A stretch of 64,000 nt of DNA. Source: Candidatus Beckwithbacteria bacterium GW2011_GWC1_49_16. GTDB taxonomy: Bacteria > Patescibacteriota > Microgenomatia > UBA1400 > CG1-02-47-37. Both the position numbers and the translations under genes were made by a program. Numbering within the stretch: position 1 is the stretch's first letter; the number at the start of each line of letters is the position of its first letter. Below, one piece after another: positions 37,771 through 47,595 of the stretch. The notes below the pieces were generated by a model. The model ran no database searches. It had not been told where the DNA came from and saw nothing but the letters and a program-made list of their open reading frames with translations. The stretch covers positions 384,427 to 448,426 of the forward strand of contig CP011210.1 in NCBI GenBank assembly GCA_001029675.1, written 5' to 3'.

Positions 37771-39836
37771 GTTAGTTTCTTGATGGCGTCTCTTAAAATG
37801 GCAGCTTGTTCAAAGTCCAAGACCGCTGCCGCCTGGTTCATCTGCCGGGTTAAACCGCGGAGATATCTTTTTTTGTCTTCTGGGGTTAAGCTGTCGGGAT
37901 TTAAAGTTTTTAAGTTGAGGATCTCTTTACTCCCGATTTGAATTATTGTCGGGGTGATGGTCAGCGGTTGAGGCCGGTCGATGAGTTTTTTTCTCACCGG
38001 TTTGGTGACCGACCGGGGGGTAATCCGGTGGCGGCGGTTGTAGTCAAGCTGAATTTTCCGGCGGCGGCCGACTTCTTTGAGGGCGGCGCGCATCGAATCG
38101 GTTTTGGCATCGGCGTACATGACCACTTCGCCGGCAACGTGGCGGGCGGCCCGGCCCATGGTTTGAATCAGAGACGTTTTGCTTCTTAAGAAACCTTCTT
38201 TGTCGGCGTCCAAAATGGCCACCAAGCTGACTTCGGGTAAATCGAGGCCCTCGCGGAGGAGGTTGATGCCGACGACGACGTCGTACTCGCCGGAGCGGAG
38301 TGAGTCCAGAATGTCGGAGCGGTCCAGCGTGGCGACGTCGGCGTGAAGGTATTGGACTCGGAGTCTTTCACTCCCGGAGTGTGCCGCAGGCGCAACACCA
38401 CTCCGGGAGTGTTCGTTTAAGTACTCGGTTAAGGCTTCGGCCATTTTTTTGGTGAGAGTGGTAACTAAGACTCTTTGGCCCAGTTTTTTTCTTTGGTTGA
38501 CTCTTTGAGTCAAGTCTTTGACCTGGCCAGCGGTGGGAAGAATGGTAACTATCGGGTCGGTGAGTCCTGTAGGGCGGATTAACTGCTCAACGGTTTCCCC
38601 GCTAACCGAAATTTCCCAGTCTGAAGGAGTAGCCGAGGTATAGATGGTTTGCGGTACTCGGTTTAAAAACTCGGGGAAGCGTAAGGGGCGGTTGTCCAGA
38701 GCCGAAGGGAGCCTGAAGCCGTAGTCGATGAGAGTCTTTTTCCGGGCTTGGTCGCCTCGGAACATGCCGCGGATTTGGGGAATGGTCATGTGGGACTCGT
38801 CGATGACGGTCAAAAACCGGCGGCCGAATTTTTGGGAGTTTAAGTGAAAGTAGTCGATCAGGGTATAGGGAGGTTGGCCGGGGTCGCGGCCGTCGAAGTA
38901 TCTGGAGTAGTTCTCGATGCCGTTGACGTAGCCGACCTCGTTAATCATCTCCAAGTCGTGTTCGACTTTTTGTTTTAGGCGGTAGGCTTCGACGATTTTA
39001 CCGGCGACTTTAAATTGTTCCAGGCGGGTTTTCAGATCCAATTTAATTAATTGAATCGCTGCTTTTTGGGTGATTGGATTGGTAAGGTAGTGTTTAGCCG
39101 GATAAATGACGTCGCGGGGAGCACCCTGGTTGGGCCGGGGCAAGGGCGCGGCGGTAACCGGATTAATCCGGGCAAGGGTTTCTATCTGGTTATCAAGCAT
39201 GACCAGGCGCACCAAGTAGTCGGCGTAGCTAGGCCAGATGGTGATTTGCTCCCCCCTAACTTGGAAGTTGCCTCGTGAAGGCGCCAGGTCATTTCTTTGG
39301 TATTGCAGGTCGGTGAGTCTGTCAATGATGGTGTCGCGGTCGACCAGCTGCCCTTGGATTAGCTCCAGGGTGTAGCGGCCGTATTCTACGGGCGAGCCCA
39401 GGTTGTAGATGGCCGAGACAGAGGCGACGACGATGACGTCGGGGCGGGTGAGTAAATTGGTGGTGGCCGACAGCCGGAGTTTGTCGATCTCCTCGTTGAT
39501 GTCGGTTTCTTTTTCGATGTAGGTGTCGGTGGCGGGTAAGTACGCTTCGGGCTGGTAGTAGTCGTAGTAGGAGACAAAGTAAGACACTGCCGCATCGGGG
39601 AAAAAATCTCTAAACTCCTGATAGAGTTGGGCGGCGAGAGTCTTGTTGTGGGAAATGACCAGCGTGGGCGCTTGGGTTTTGGCAACAACGTTGGCGATGG
39701 TGAAGGTTTTGCCGCTGCCGGTGACCCCGAGCAAAGTTTGCTGGGGTTGGCCTTTTTTGAGACCGGCCACCAGCTTGTCTATTGCCTGGGGCTGGTCGCC
39801 GGTCGGTTTAAAGTCGGCTTTGAGTCTAAATGGCAT
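37767..39836 (-). CDS. uvrB: Excinuclease ABC subunit B
   Basis: [30 protein letters not shown]. Confidence 0.98.
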   Translation of the reverse strand: MPFRLKADFKPTGDQPQAIDKLVAGLKKGQPQQTLLGVTGSGKTFTIANVVAKTQAPTLVISHNKTLAAQLYQEFRDFFPDAAVSYFVSYYDYYQPEAYLPATDTYIEKETDINEEIDKLRLSATTNLLTRPDVIVVASVSAIYNLGSPVEYGRYTLELIQGQLVDRDTIIDRLTDLQYQRNDLAPSRGNFQVRGEQITIWPSYADYLVRLVMLDNQIETLARINPVTAAPLPRPNQGAPRDVIYPAKHYLTNPITQKAAIQLIKLDLKTRLEQFKVAGKIVEAYRLKQKVEHDLEMINEVGYVNGIENYSRYFDGRDPGQPPYTLIDYFHLNSQKFGRRFLTVIDESHMTIPQIRGMFRGDQARKKTLIDYGFRLPSALDNRPLRFPEFLNRVPQTIYTSATPSDWEISVSGETVEQLIRPTGLTDPIVTILPTAGQVKDLTQRVNQRKKLGQRVLVTTLTKKMAEALTEYLNEHSRSGVAPAAHSGSERLRVQYLHADVATLDRSDILDSLRSGEYDVVVGINLLREGLDLPEVSLVAILDADKEGFLRSKTSLIQTMGRAARHVAGEVVMYADAKTDSMRAALKEVGRRRKIQLDYNRRHRITPRSVTKPVRKKLIDRPQPLTITPTIIQIGSKEILNLKTLNPDSLTPEDKKRYLRGLTRQMNQAAAVLDFEQAAILRDAIKKLT

Positions 39837-39893
39837 AAACCTTTAATTATACCCCACTCCCCCTTCGTGTTGGTAGTCTATAATGAAGGGACG

Positions 39894-40508
39894 ATGAAGC
39901 AGGCGATAATATTTTTAAACGGCGATTTGGCTGATGCATCTGGAGTGAAGCAGGAGATAAAAAAAACTGATTTGGTGATTGCGGCCGACGGCGGCAGCAA
40001 GCTGGCCCAAAAGCTTGGCATCACGCCCGACCTTGTTGTCGGCGACTTGGATTCTTATACAGGCAGCAAAAAAATTAAAACGATCCCCTACCCTAAAGAC
40101 AAGGATTTTACCGACTCGGAGTTGGCCATAGACTATGCTTTAAAACAAAAAGTCAAAAGGTTGGTAATCGTCGGCCTTTTGGGCCGCAGATTCGATCATC
40201 TGGCATCAAACTTGATGTTGGCCGCGACCTTGGCCGCCAAAGGTATAAAGGTCGAGGCGGTCGAAGGCAAGCAAAGGCTCTACTTTTTATCTTCAAGGAT
40301 AAACCTTGAAGGCAATCCCGGAGATATAGTTTCGCTTACTCCCCTTAAAAGCAATGTAAAAGTGACTACTAGAGGATTAAAATGGAAACTTCAAGGATCA
40401 ACCTTGAAGTTTGGCTATGGCCGGGGGGTGAGCAATGTGATGACCGCGAAAAAGGTTTCTCTTTCCGTCCGCCGCGGTATCCTCCTGGTGGTTCATTCCA
40501 GGCAGTGA
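39894..40508 (+). CDS. thiN: Thiamine diphosphokinase
   Basis: AADGG, VGDLDS, KDFTDSELA, GRRFDH, GVSN. Confidence 0.9.
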   Translation: MKQAIIFLNGDLADASGVKQEIKKTDLVIAADGGSKLAQKLGITPDLVVGDLDSYTGSKKIKTIPYPKDKDFTDSELAIDYALKQKVKRLVIVGLLGRRFDHLASNLMLAATLAAKGIKVEAVEGKQRLYFLSSRINLEGNPGDIVSLTPLKSNVKVTTRGLKWKLQGSTLKFGYGRGVSNVMTAKKVSLSVRRGILLVVHSRQ

Positions 40509-40528
40509 TTTGTTATAATTATTCTCAA

Positions 40529-40547
40529 GCGCCTGTAGCTCATAGGA
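40529..40547 (+). pseudogene. 5' fragment of a tRNA
   Basis: GCGCCTGTAGCTCA is identical to the first 14 nt of tRNA-Arg(TCT) at 27250; preceded by TGTTATAAT. Confidence 0.6.
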
Positions 40548-40583
40548 CTTGAAATTTATTTTGATTTCGAATACGCTGATTGA

Positions 40584-41000
40584 GTGAAAGTTTGTTCCAA
40601 GTGTAAACTGGAGAAGCCAGAAGAAGAATTTAATTATAAGTATAAAGATAGAGGTATTAGACAATATCATTGTCGCTCTTGCAGTAAGAAACTGATAAGA
40701 CGCCATTATGTGGCAAACAGGTCGTATTACTTACAAAAAGCTAGGAAACGTAACGATTGGTTGAGGCAAATAACGAAAGAGTACGTCAGGAATTACTTGT
40801 CGAGTCATCCTTGTGTTGATTGCGGAGAATCTGATCCAGTTGTTCTCGAGTTCGACCATTTATCAGATAAGATAGCTCCTGTTTCCAGCTTAAGACGTAA
40901 TGGTACCCTTGAAAAGGTTAAGCTTGAAATAGCTAAATGCGAGGTGAGATGCGCTAACTGTCATAGACGTAAAACTGCAGAGCGGGCAAGCCTGATATAA
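40584..41000 (+). CDS. HNH endonuclease with N-terminal Cys knuckles
   Basis: CSKC...C..C; PCVDCGE...LEFDH...RCANCH. Confidence 0.85.
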   Translation: MKVCSKCKLEKPEEEFNYKYKDRGIRQYHCRSCSKKLIRRHYVANRSYYLQKARKRNDWLRQITKEYVRNYLSSHPCVDCGESDPVVLEFDHLSDKIAPVSSLRRNGTLEKVKLEIAKCEVRCANCHRRKTAERASLI

Positions 41001-41018
41001 TATGCTGAAGATATTGAT

Positions 41019-41093
41019 GCCCCTGTAGTTTAATGGATAAAACGCGTCGCTTCGGACGATGTGATGGGGGTTCGATTCCCTCCAGGGGCACCA
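41019..41093 (+). tRNA. tRNA-Arg(TCG), CCA encoded
   Basis: GCCCCTG...CAGGGGC-ACCA, anticodon loop CTTCGGA. Confidence 0.9.
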
Positions 41094-41118
41094 CGTAAAG
41101 CTTCGCTACGTGGCAAGC

Positions 41119-41967
41119 TCACATTTTGTTTACTTCAGTCCAGTCTTTTTGAGCCATTTTCTTTTTCATTGCCAGGCAATATTTTTGTAAAGTTTTATCG
41201 AGCAGTGGGGTTTTTAGTTGGCCGGCCATTTGTTTGGCGTAAGTTAGATCTTTAGTAATCCATTCCACCGAAAAGTTTATAGGCTTGGGAGTTTTTTGGT
41301 AGTCACGCCATGCCTTAGCCGTAATCGCTCCTCCGGGCCGTTCTTGGGAAAAAGAATTACCGACAGTTTTTAAATTAAGTTTCATTTTTTTAGCCAGCTT
41401 CATGGCTTCACCAAATGCTTGAAGGTGTAATGCTTGAATAGAGTTTAGAATTAATTTAAATTTCATACCCGAACCGGCCGGGCCGAAATAAGTGAATCTT
41501 GTTGCAATAGCTTTGAGTGTTGCTTTTAGTTGGTTCAACTTTTGCTTACTGCCGCCTACCAGCAACGACAAATTGCCGGTTTCTGCCCCGATGCGGCCGC
41601 CGGTCATGGGCATGTCGAAAAAAGTTAACCCCTTTTTGGCGCAGATTTTAGCCAGCCTATCAGTCCAGGCAACCGAGAGAGTGGCGCAGGTGATGAGGGC
41701 TTTCGTTTTATCGGCTCCGGCCAGAATTCCCTTTTGCCCCAACCATACCGTTCGAGACGACTGGTCGTTGGCGGTGACTTCAAAAACAATGTCGGCTTGG
41801 GAGGCGGCGTCTTGAGGAGTTTTGGCAATTTGAGCGCCTTTTTTCTTAAGGGTTTGGAGTTTCGTGGCGCTCCGGTTCCAAACTATAACCGGGTATTTGT
41901 GTTTTAAAAAGTTTTGGGCTATGCCGTGGCCCATAATGCCGGTGCCGACAACCGCGATTTTTTTCAT
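41119..41967 (-). CDS. Beta-hydroxyacid dehydrogenase family oxidoreductase
   Basis: VGTGIMG, WNRS, DMPMTGG, KLILN, KDL. Confidence 0.9.
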   Translation of the reverse strand: MKKIAVVGTGIMGHGIAQNFLKHKYPVIVWNRSATKLQTLKKKGAQIAKTPQDAASQADIVFEVTANDQSSRTVWLGQKGILAGADKTKALITCATLSVAWTDRLAKICAKKGLTFFDMPMTGGRIGAETGNLSLLVGGSKQKLNQLKATLKAIATRFTYFGPAGSGMKFKLILNSIQALHLQAFGEAMKLAKKMKLNLKTVGNSFSQERPGGAITAKAWRDYQKTPKPINFSVEWITKDLTYAKQMAGQLKTPLLDKTLQKYCLAMKKKMAQKDWTEVNKM

Positions 41968-42006
41968 AAGCCGACTATAACAGACTTTGTTATAATATTA
42001 AAACAT

Positions 42007-42078
42007 GGGCCCGTAGCTCAGCGGTAGAGCAACCGACTCTTAATCGGTTGGCCGAAGGTTCGAATCCTTCCGGGCTCA
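42007..42078 (+). tRNA. tRNA-Lys(CTT)
   Basis: GGGCCCG...CGGGCTC-A, anticodon loop CTCTTAA. Confidence 0.95.
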
Positions 42079-42083
42079 CAATT

Positions 42084-42332
42084 ATGGAGAAAGTTGGTGG
42101 CGACAAGAAAAAAGTTACTCCCTACTGGGGGGCGGGACATTTGAAGCCTCCGGGTAGAAAGCCTCCGGAAGAGGTCTTAGAAGAGTTGGCTAGTTTCATT
42201 GAGAGCGAATTCACTGACAGCGAAGCGCGGGCACGTGACTTGGAGCTTTCTGGTATGCCGAAAGAGTTGGTAGAGGCTGCAGTTGAGCATGTCAAAGGCG
42301 GACAAAAAGGCCAAGGCAGGCAGTCGGGTTAG
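42084..42332 (+). CDS. Small hypothetical protein
   Basis: ATG just after tRNA-Lys, 82 aa. Confidence 0.5.
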   Translation: MEKVGGDKKKVTPYWGAGHLKPPGRKPPEEVLEELASFIESEFTDSEARARDLELSGMPKELVEAAVEHVKGGQKGQGRQSG

Positions 42333-43666
42333 CGGCGGGAGATAGTATAAGTCGTCGGGTGCATTAAGAAAATGGCGGGAGAGTCTTCGACTAAGAAGCG
42401 TTGGAAGTCCTGGTAGATGTCGCGGCGCTGGGGTTGACTCAAAATGGTGCGGCCGTCTTCTAAGAGTTTGTCCACCTGGAGGCTGGAGTAGCGGGAGATG
42501 TTAGTCGGTTGAGTCGAGTGCCACAGGGCGTGTTGATCCGGATCCAGGGGGATTTCTTGGGTGATGAGTAAGGCTTGGAAGTCATCGGAGAGAGTGTTGA
42601 CGATTCTGACGTCGATTTCGACGCCCAGAGTTTCTTCCCAGGATTGGGCGATGGCATCGGCTAATTTTAAAAACGATTGGCTGGTGCCTAAGGTGAGTTC
42701 GAGCTTGCCGGAAAAAGTCGCCTCCTGAGCAAAGGAATCGAAAAGCTCCTGGGCTTGAGCCGAGTTGTAATTGTAAGGTTTAACTTGGGAGTTGTAGGCC
42801 CAGGACAGAGGGCTTAGCGGCGATAAAGCTCGCTGGCCCTCCGGGTTTTTGTTTTCGATGGCGTAGGCCAGGGCTTGGCGCAAGGGTTTGGCGGAAAGGT
42901 ATTGGTCATTAAGGTTGAAAACGATGGCGACGTATTGCTGGAAGTTGGTGATTTGGTCTACGGCGACGTGTTTGGTCCAAGTATCGCTTAAGGGATTGAC
43001 CAGGAGGTTTTCTAATCTATCGACTTCACCTAAGCGAAAGCCGGTCCAGGCGGCCTGATTTGATTGGTAGAAGCGGTAAGTCACGTCCTGGCTTCCGACC
43101 AGGTCCAGAGTTTTAATAAAGGAGCCTTGCCAGTCGATGTTTTTGACGATAAAGGAGCGGGCGCCGATTTGGCCCTTTTTAAACAAGGGTCGGGACAGGG
43201 TAACTAAAAAGGGAGCAAAAGGTTCTTGGAGCTCAAATTTTAGGGTTAGAGGGTCGGGAGTGGTAACGGTAACGTCGGGTATGTCCAGGTTGATGTCGGA
43301 GGCGACCAGGGGGGTGCCGTCGCTCCAGCGCTGCCCCGGTTTGAGTTTGACTAAATAAACGGTGCCGTCATCGCTAGTCTCCCAGCTTTCGGCCAGATCC
43401 GGGGCAGCTTGACCTTGGTCGTCGACTTGGGTTAAACCGCGGGAGATGGAAGCGGCCAGCTGCCTGGGTAAAGTGGCCAAGGCGTACTGGCCGACGATGC
43501 CGACTTTTACCTTGGGTTTGGGTTGGGGTAAAAAAGGCAGCAGATTTTTGGTGAAAAGAAAAATCACGATGCCGACGGCAGTAGCGACTAAGATCAGACG
43601 TTGGTGTTTTTTAATGAACGAGAATAAAATCCAGACCGGCTTTCGAAAGGGCCGAGTGATGATCAT
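42329..43666 (-). CDS. ABC substrate-binding protein (family 5, OppA-like)
   Basis: PDLAESW, WSDGTPL, LRQALAYAI, NISRY, EDSPAIFL. Confidence 0.9.
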   Translation of the reverse strand: MIITRPFRKPVWILFSFIKKHQRLILVATAVGIVIFLFTKNLLPFLPQPKPKVKVGIVGQYALATLPRQLAASISRGLTQVDDQGQAAPDLAESWETSDDGTVYLVKLKPGQRWSDGTPLVASDINLDIPDVTVTTPDPLTLKFELQEPFAPFLVTLSRPLFKKGQIGARSFIVKNIDWQGSFIKTLDLVGSQDVTYRFYQSNQAAWTGFRLGEVDRLENLLVNPLSDTWTKHVAVDQITNFQQYVAIVFNLNDQYLSAKPLRQALAYAIENKNPEGQRALSPLSPLSWAYNSQVKPYNYNSAQAQELFDSFAQEATFSGKLELTLGTSQSFLKLADAIAQSWEETLGVEIDVRIVNTLSDDFQALLITQEIPLDPDQHALWHSTQPTNISRYSSLQVDKLLEDGRTILSQPQRRDIYQDFQRFLVEDSPAIFLMHPTTYTISRR

Positions 43667-43872
43667 AGTTTGAGGTTAACTAGAGACAGGAGGACGAAGA
43701 TAACGGCCAAGATAATGGTAAGGTAGAAGACGATTTTTTCGACGCCCCTTTTGGAGTGGTACATTTGCCCGCTGCCGCCGAAAGCAGAACCCAGGCCGGT
43801 GCCTTTGGCTTGAAGCAGGATGACGGCGATGAGAAAAACGGACACGAGGATTTGGATAAGTTTTAAAATCAT
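43663..43872 (-). CDS. secG: Preprotein translocase SecG
   Basis: ILLQAKGTGLGSAFGG...RGVEK, two TMs. Confidence 0.92.
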   Translation of the reverse strand: MILKLIQILVSVFLIAVILLQAKGTGLGSAFGGSGQMYHSKRGVEKIVFYLTIILAVIFVLLSLVNLKL

Positions 43873-44273
43873 TTAGTCAGTAGCCAATTTAATAGGGTGA
43901 AGACAAAGCTTAATAAAAACGAGCTGATGATAAGAGAGGCAGGGAAACCCATGGCGATTTGGGGAACGACGAAGCCTTGGTAAGCCAGCGACGGGATGAC
44001 GGCAGGAACGACGCTGACGGTGGAGAGCAAGCGGGTGAGAGTCAGGAGAATAAGGACGTTTGACAGCCAGCGGAAAAGACCCAAGGTGACCAGGTTGATG
44101 GGCAGAAGTAAGAGCTTGACGATGGGTTTGACCAGGTAGTTTATCAGGGTAAAAACGGCGCCGGCGTAGACGATGCCGGTGAGCAGTGGGGTGACGATTA
44201 AGCCGGGATAAAAGGCGGAAACGACAAAGAGGCTGATGCTGTTTAGTAAAGCCAAGCGCAGAAATCTTCTCAT
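43869..44273 (-). CDS. YvlD-like (phage holin 4 family) membrane protein
   Basis: VKPIVKLLLLPINLVTLGLF..N. Confidence 0.85.
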   Translation of the reverse strand: MRRFLRLALLNSISLFVVSAFYPGLIVTPLLTGIVYAGAVFTLINYLVKPIVKLLLLPINLVTLGLFRWLSNVLILLTLTRLLSTVSVVPAVIPSLAYQGFVVPQIAMGFPASLIISSFLLSFVFTLLNWLLTK

Positions 44274-44277
44274 AAGC

Positions 44278-46110
44278 TCATTTTAACACAAAGCGCTTGA
44301 GGCCGATGAGGGCCAAGATAGCGCTAAAGAGGCCGGCCAGGCCAAAAAGAAATTTTGGGTTACGAAAAATAAAGCTGAAAGCCGGGACTAAATCGATCTG
44401 GTGAGTTTGGGAAGTGCCGTCTACTTTGACGCTCACCTGGTCAGAAAAACTTTGGGCAAAGCCGGTGGCGGGGAGGCTGATGGGAATGGTGATTTTGGCA
44501 AACGGGGGGAGGCTGGCTACCAGCCATTGATTTTTTTCCGGAGTAAAATGCTGGGAGGTTAAGGTGACCACCTGGTCGTAGAGGGCGGCGTTGCCGACAT
44601 TGGCAACCACGATGGAGCCGGTCAAATCGACGCCGGCGATGGCCTGCTGGGGCAGCTTGATATCCAGAAATAGTTTTGGTTGGGGTTTTAATGGCCGGCC
44701 GAAGTCTACGGCAATACTTTTTTCCTGGCTGGCGGCGGTTTTGTAGGCTCCGGCAGGGACAGGGTAGGTGGAGTCTTGGCCGAGGATGGCAAAAGCAAAG
44801 TGGTTTAGATCGAGCTGGTTGAAGTAGTCGACTCCCCCGGTAGTATTGCCCCAGGTGGGGTCGACCGGCACCCAGAGGCTGCGGGAGGAGTCGTAGTACT
44901 CGGGCCAGGCGTGGAGGACGTCTTGTTTGAGGCTTAGAGGTTTTAGGGCGGGGTTGGTGGTGTAGGCAAAGCCGTTGATGGCCCGGGCAGGGATGCCGGC
45001 GGCACGAGCCAGGGCGATAAACAGGTCGGTGAATTCCATACAGATGGCCGAGTCGGGTTTGTCCAGGGCGTTGGCGGCGCCGAATCTGGTGGTGGAGTTT
45101 GATAGCCGACCGTAATCGTAGATGAGGTTATCGACGACGTATTGATAGATGGCTTGGGGGGTTTTCAAGTCGAGGGCCAGCTTGTTGAGATTGGGGTTGT
45201 CGGTTTCCCAGTATTTTTGGGCGGTTAAGTAGGCGCCGGGATTTTCTAAGGGAGTTTGGGGAAAATCAGAGCGGGGTTTTAAAAAGAGACTGGCCGAGCC
45301 GGTGGCGGTGACGATGAGATTTTGACGGGGAGAAAGGTTATAGCTGGCCAGCCAGTTGCCGTCGGCATCAGTGCTAACGCTATCGGGAGCGGGGTCGAGT
45401 TTTTGGTAAAGGATTTGTTGCCAGGCAGTGTCGGGAGGAAGGGCGATTTCGGTTTTAACCGGGTAGACGCGGCTATTTGCCAGCTCGTAGGTGAGGGAAA
45501 AGTCGAAGTGCTGGCTTTCGCCGAAGGTGGCGCTGATGCCGCTTATCTCTAGGTCGGCTGGGTCAAAGCGGTAGACGGTGTTAGTTCCTTGGGCGGTTTG
45601 GCTGATGGGCTTGGGGGTGATCGAAGCGGGGCGGCCGAAAGCTTGAGGGATAGACAGGGTCAGCTGGTAGCTGGATAGGTCTTCTGACCGGGCGAGTTTA
45701 GGGATGGAGATTTCCCAGACGCTGCCCAGCTTATTGGCAAAATCCAGGCTGTCAAACTCGATGGTAAAAATTTGGGACTTGTCTTTGCCCAGAACTTTGT
45801 CGGGAAAGGTAAGATTGAGGTTGGTGGTTTTTTCCCCGCTGGCGACCTTGAGGGGCAGGCTGCCGGAAGAGTTTTTGGCGCTGATGTTTTCTAGTTTGGT
45901 GGAGCCGATCGACAAGGAAAACTCGGTGGCGTAGATGTTGGAAAGTTTGTTGGTTAAGGTGATGTCAAATTTGGTGTGGGTGGTGCCGCTGTCGGAAACG
46001 GTGTAAGCGACGGTGTAGCTGGTGGCAAACTCCTGTTGGGCGAGAGTCGATGGGGGCAAGGCTAAGAGGAATAGGAAGCTAAAAAGTAGAGACAGAAATT
46101 TTTTAATCAT
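44278..46110 (-). CDS. Exported transglutaminase-domain protein
   Basis: Signal peptide, AICMEFT, HAWPEY, VDPTW, C-terminal TM. Confidence 0.9.
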   Translation of the reverse strand: MIKKFLSLLFSFLFLLALPPSTLAQQEFATSYTVAYTVSDSGTTHTKFDITLTNKLSNIYATEFSLSIGSTKLENISAKNSSGSLPLKVASGEKTTNLNLTFPDKVLGKDKSQIFTIEFDSLDFANKLGSVWEISIPKLARSEDLSSYQLTLSIPQAFGRPASITPKPISQTAQGTNTVYRFDPADLEISGISATFGESQHFDFSLTYELANSRVYPVKTEIALPPDTAWQQILYQKLDPAPDSVSTDADGNWLASYNLSPRQNLIVTATGSASLFLKPRSDFPQTPLENPGAYLTAQKYWETDNPNLNKLALDLKTPQAIYQYVVDNLIYDYGRLSNSTTRFGAANALDKPDSAICMEFTDLFIALARAAGIPARAINGFAYTTNPALKPLSLKQDVLHAWPEYYDSSRSLWVPVDPTWGNTTGGVDYFNQLDLNHFAFAILGQDSTYPVPAGAYKTAASQEKSIAVDFGRPLKPQPKLFLDIKLPQQAIAGVDLTGSIVVANVGNAALYDQVVTLTSQHFTPEKNQWLVASLPPFAKITIPISLPATGFAQSFSDQVSVKVDGTSQTHQIDLVPAFSFIFRNPKFLFGLAGLFSAILALIGLKRFVLK

Positions 46111-46182
46111 GAGTGATTATAGAAACTATTTTGTGGCGGATAAACTTGTTGATAAGGGCATTTTACGATAAAATTCAGCCAA

Positions 46183-46908
46183 ATGGGACAGAATATGGAA
46201 TTTGGCCCAATTGGAGCCATAGAACAAGCAAGGGTGGCTGAGAACGAGTTGGGGAGAAAAGTGCAGAAGTTACTGGCTGATTCGGAGATTTCTGTTGGCG
46301 GTTTATTTTTCGGTGTCAGTCGGGTAGAGCCGCTAACTACTGGAAAATTAATCTTAGCCCCTTCGACTCCAACCTATGCGGTAGAAGGTTTAAATCAATT
46401 CCGTGAATATTTATTAGAAAGTGTTTTCCCGGAGAATTATGAAGAAGATGTCCATGATGAGGATCGGCAAGCTTATATAACAGCTGGTGATGGCGCGCTG
46501 ATTCTTCCAAGAATTTTTCACTATGAACAAATCGGAATTGAAGAACATATAACCGTGAGCATGGCAAAAATTAACGACGATTTTGATTTAGAATTAATGA
46601 GAGCAGCAGGAAAGGATGATACCGGGAGAAGATTTTTTGATAAAAACCGCTATGACGAAAAAGCCATTATTAGATTTACTAGTGTAATTATTTTTCCCGA
46701 TTCAAAGGTGGCGCACCTTGCTTCTAGGCTTCACCATTTATCAGCTTCTGGAGTTGATTTGTCCTCCGAGCTTGGCTTTAAAAGACTAAATTTCTACTTT
46801 AACGACGGAAAAATCATGCCAGATAAACTCCACCTAATGGAGAATGGAGTTTATCCTTATGAAGATCTATTTTCTCGGCTTGATGGTTTTTCTACACTCC
46901 GGGAGTGA
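46183..46908 (+). CDS. Hypothetical protein
   Basis: 241-aa ORF with no recognisable motif. Confidence 0.65.
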   Translation: MGQNMEFGPIGAIEQARVAENELGRKVQKLLADSEISVGGLFFGVSRVEPLTTGKLILAPSTPTYAVEGLNQFREYLLESVFPENYEEDVHDEDRQAYITAGDGALILPRIFHYEQIGIEEHITVSMAKINDDFDLELMRAAGKDDTGRRFFDKNRYDEKAIIRFTSVIIFPDSKVAHLASRLHHLSASGVDLSSELGFKRLNFYFNDGKIMPDKLHLMENGVYPYEDLFSRLDGFSTLRE

Positions 46909-46916
46909 ATTGGCCC

Positions 46917-46946
46917 TTGACATTCGGTTTTTGGTCGGGCTAAGAT
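46917..46946 (+). promoter_or_regulatory. lexA promoter with a probable LexA operator
   Basis: TTGACA-N18-TAAGAT with TTCGG-N6-GTCGG (46923-46938) in the spacer. Confidence 0.6.
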
Positions 46947-46974
46947 GAGACAAAGATAATACTAATAAAACCCT

Positions 46975-47592
46975 ATGCCGGTAACACTTTACAGACGTCA
47001 AAAACAGATAGTCGATTTTATTTCCCAGTATATTCAGAGGAATGGTAACTCGCCAACGCTCCAAGAGATTGCCGACGCCATGGGGCTATCCAGTCTGGCG
47101 ACGGTTCACGAACACATCGCCACCTTGGTGAGAAAAGGGGTTTTGAAAAAATACGAAGGGTCGGTTCGGGGCCTGGAGATAGCCGATGACCGATATGTTT
47201 CCGGCAGCGACGGTTTGGAGCTGCCGATTTTGGGTTACATTGCCGCGGGCAAACCGATCGAACCCTATACCGATCCTGATGCGGCGTTTACCATCTCCCC
47301 GACTTTAGTTTCCGGCAAAAAACGGTCGTTTGTCTTACAGGTCAAAGGCGACTCGATGGTGGAAGAAGGCATTCTTGACGGCGACTACGTAGTGATTGAA
47401 GAGCAGGACGAAGTGACTAACGGCGATATCGTGGTGGCACTGCTTGAAAACGGTCTGGCGACTTTGAAGCGGTTTTTCAAGGAAGCAACCCGGGTGAGGC
47501 TGGAGCCGGCAAATTCTCAAATGAGTCCGATTTACGCCACCAACGTCAAGATCCAAGGCCGGGTGGTGGGAGTGATCAGGCGGTTTGTTTGA
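46975..47592 (+). CDS. lexA: LexA repressor
   Basis: SPTLQEI HTH, IAAG cleavage site, GDSM, ATLK. Confidence 0.97.
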   Translation: MPVTLYRRQKQIVDFISQYIQRNGNSPTLQEIADAMGLSSLATVHEHIATLVRKGVLKKYEGSVRGLEIADDRYVSGSDGLELPILGYIAAGKPIEPYTDPDAAFTISPTLVSGKKRSFVLQVKGDSMVEEGILDGDYVVIEEQDEVTNGDIVVALLENGLATLKRFFKEATRVRLEPANSQMSPIYATNVKIQGRVVGVIRRFV

Positions 47593-47595
47593 ATT

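Noticed and set aside
43869-44273. Holin annotation as evidence for a prophage
   Set aside because: YvlD-like membrane proteins are ordinary chromosomal genes; this one sits in a secG operon.
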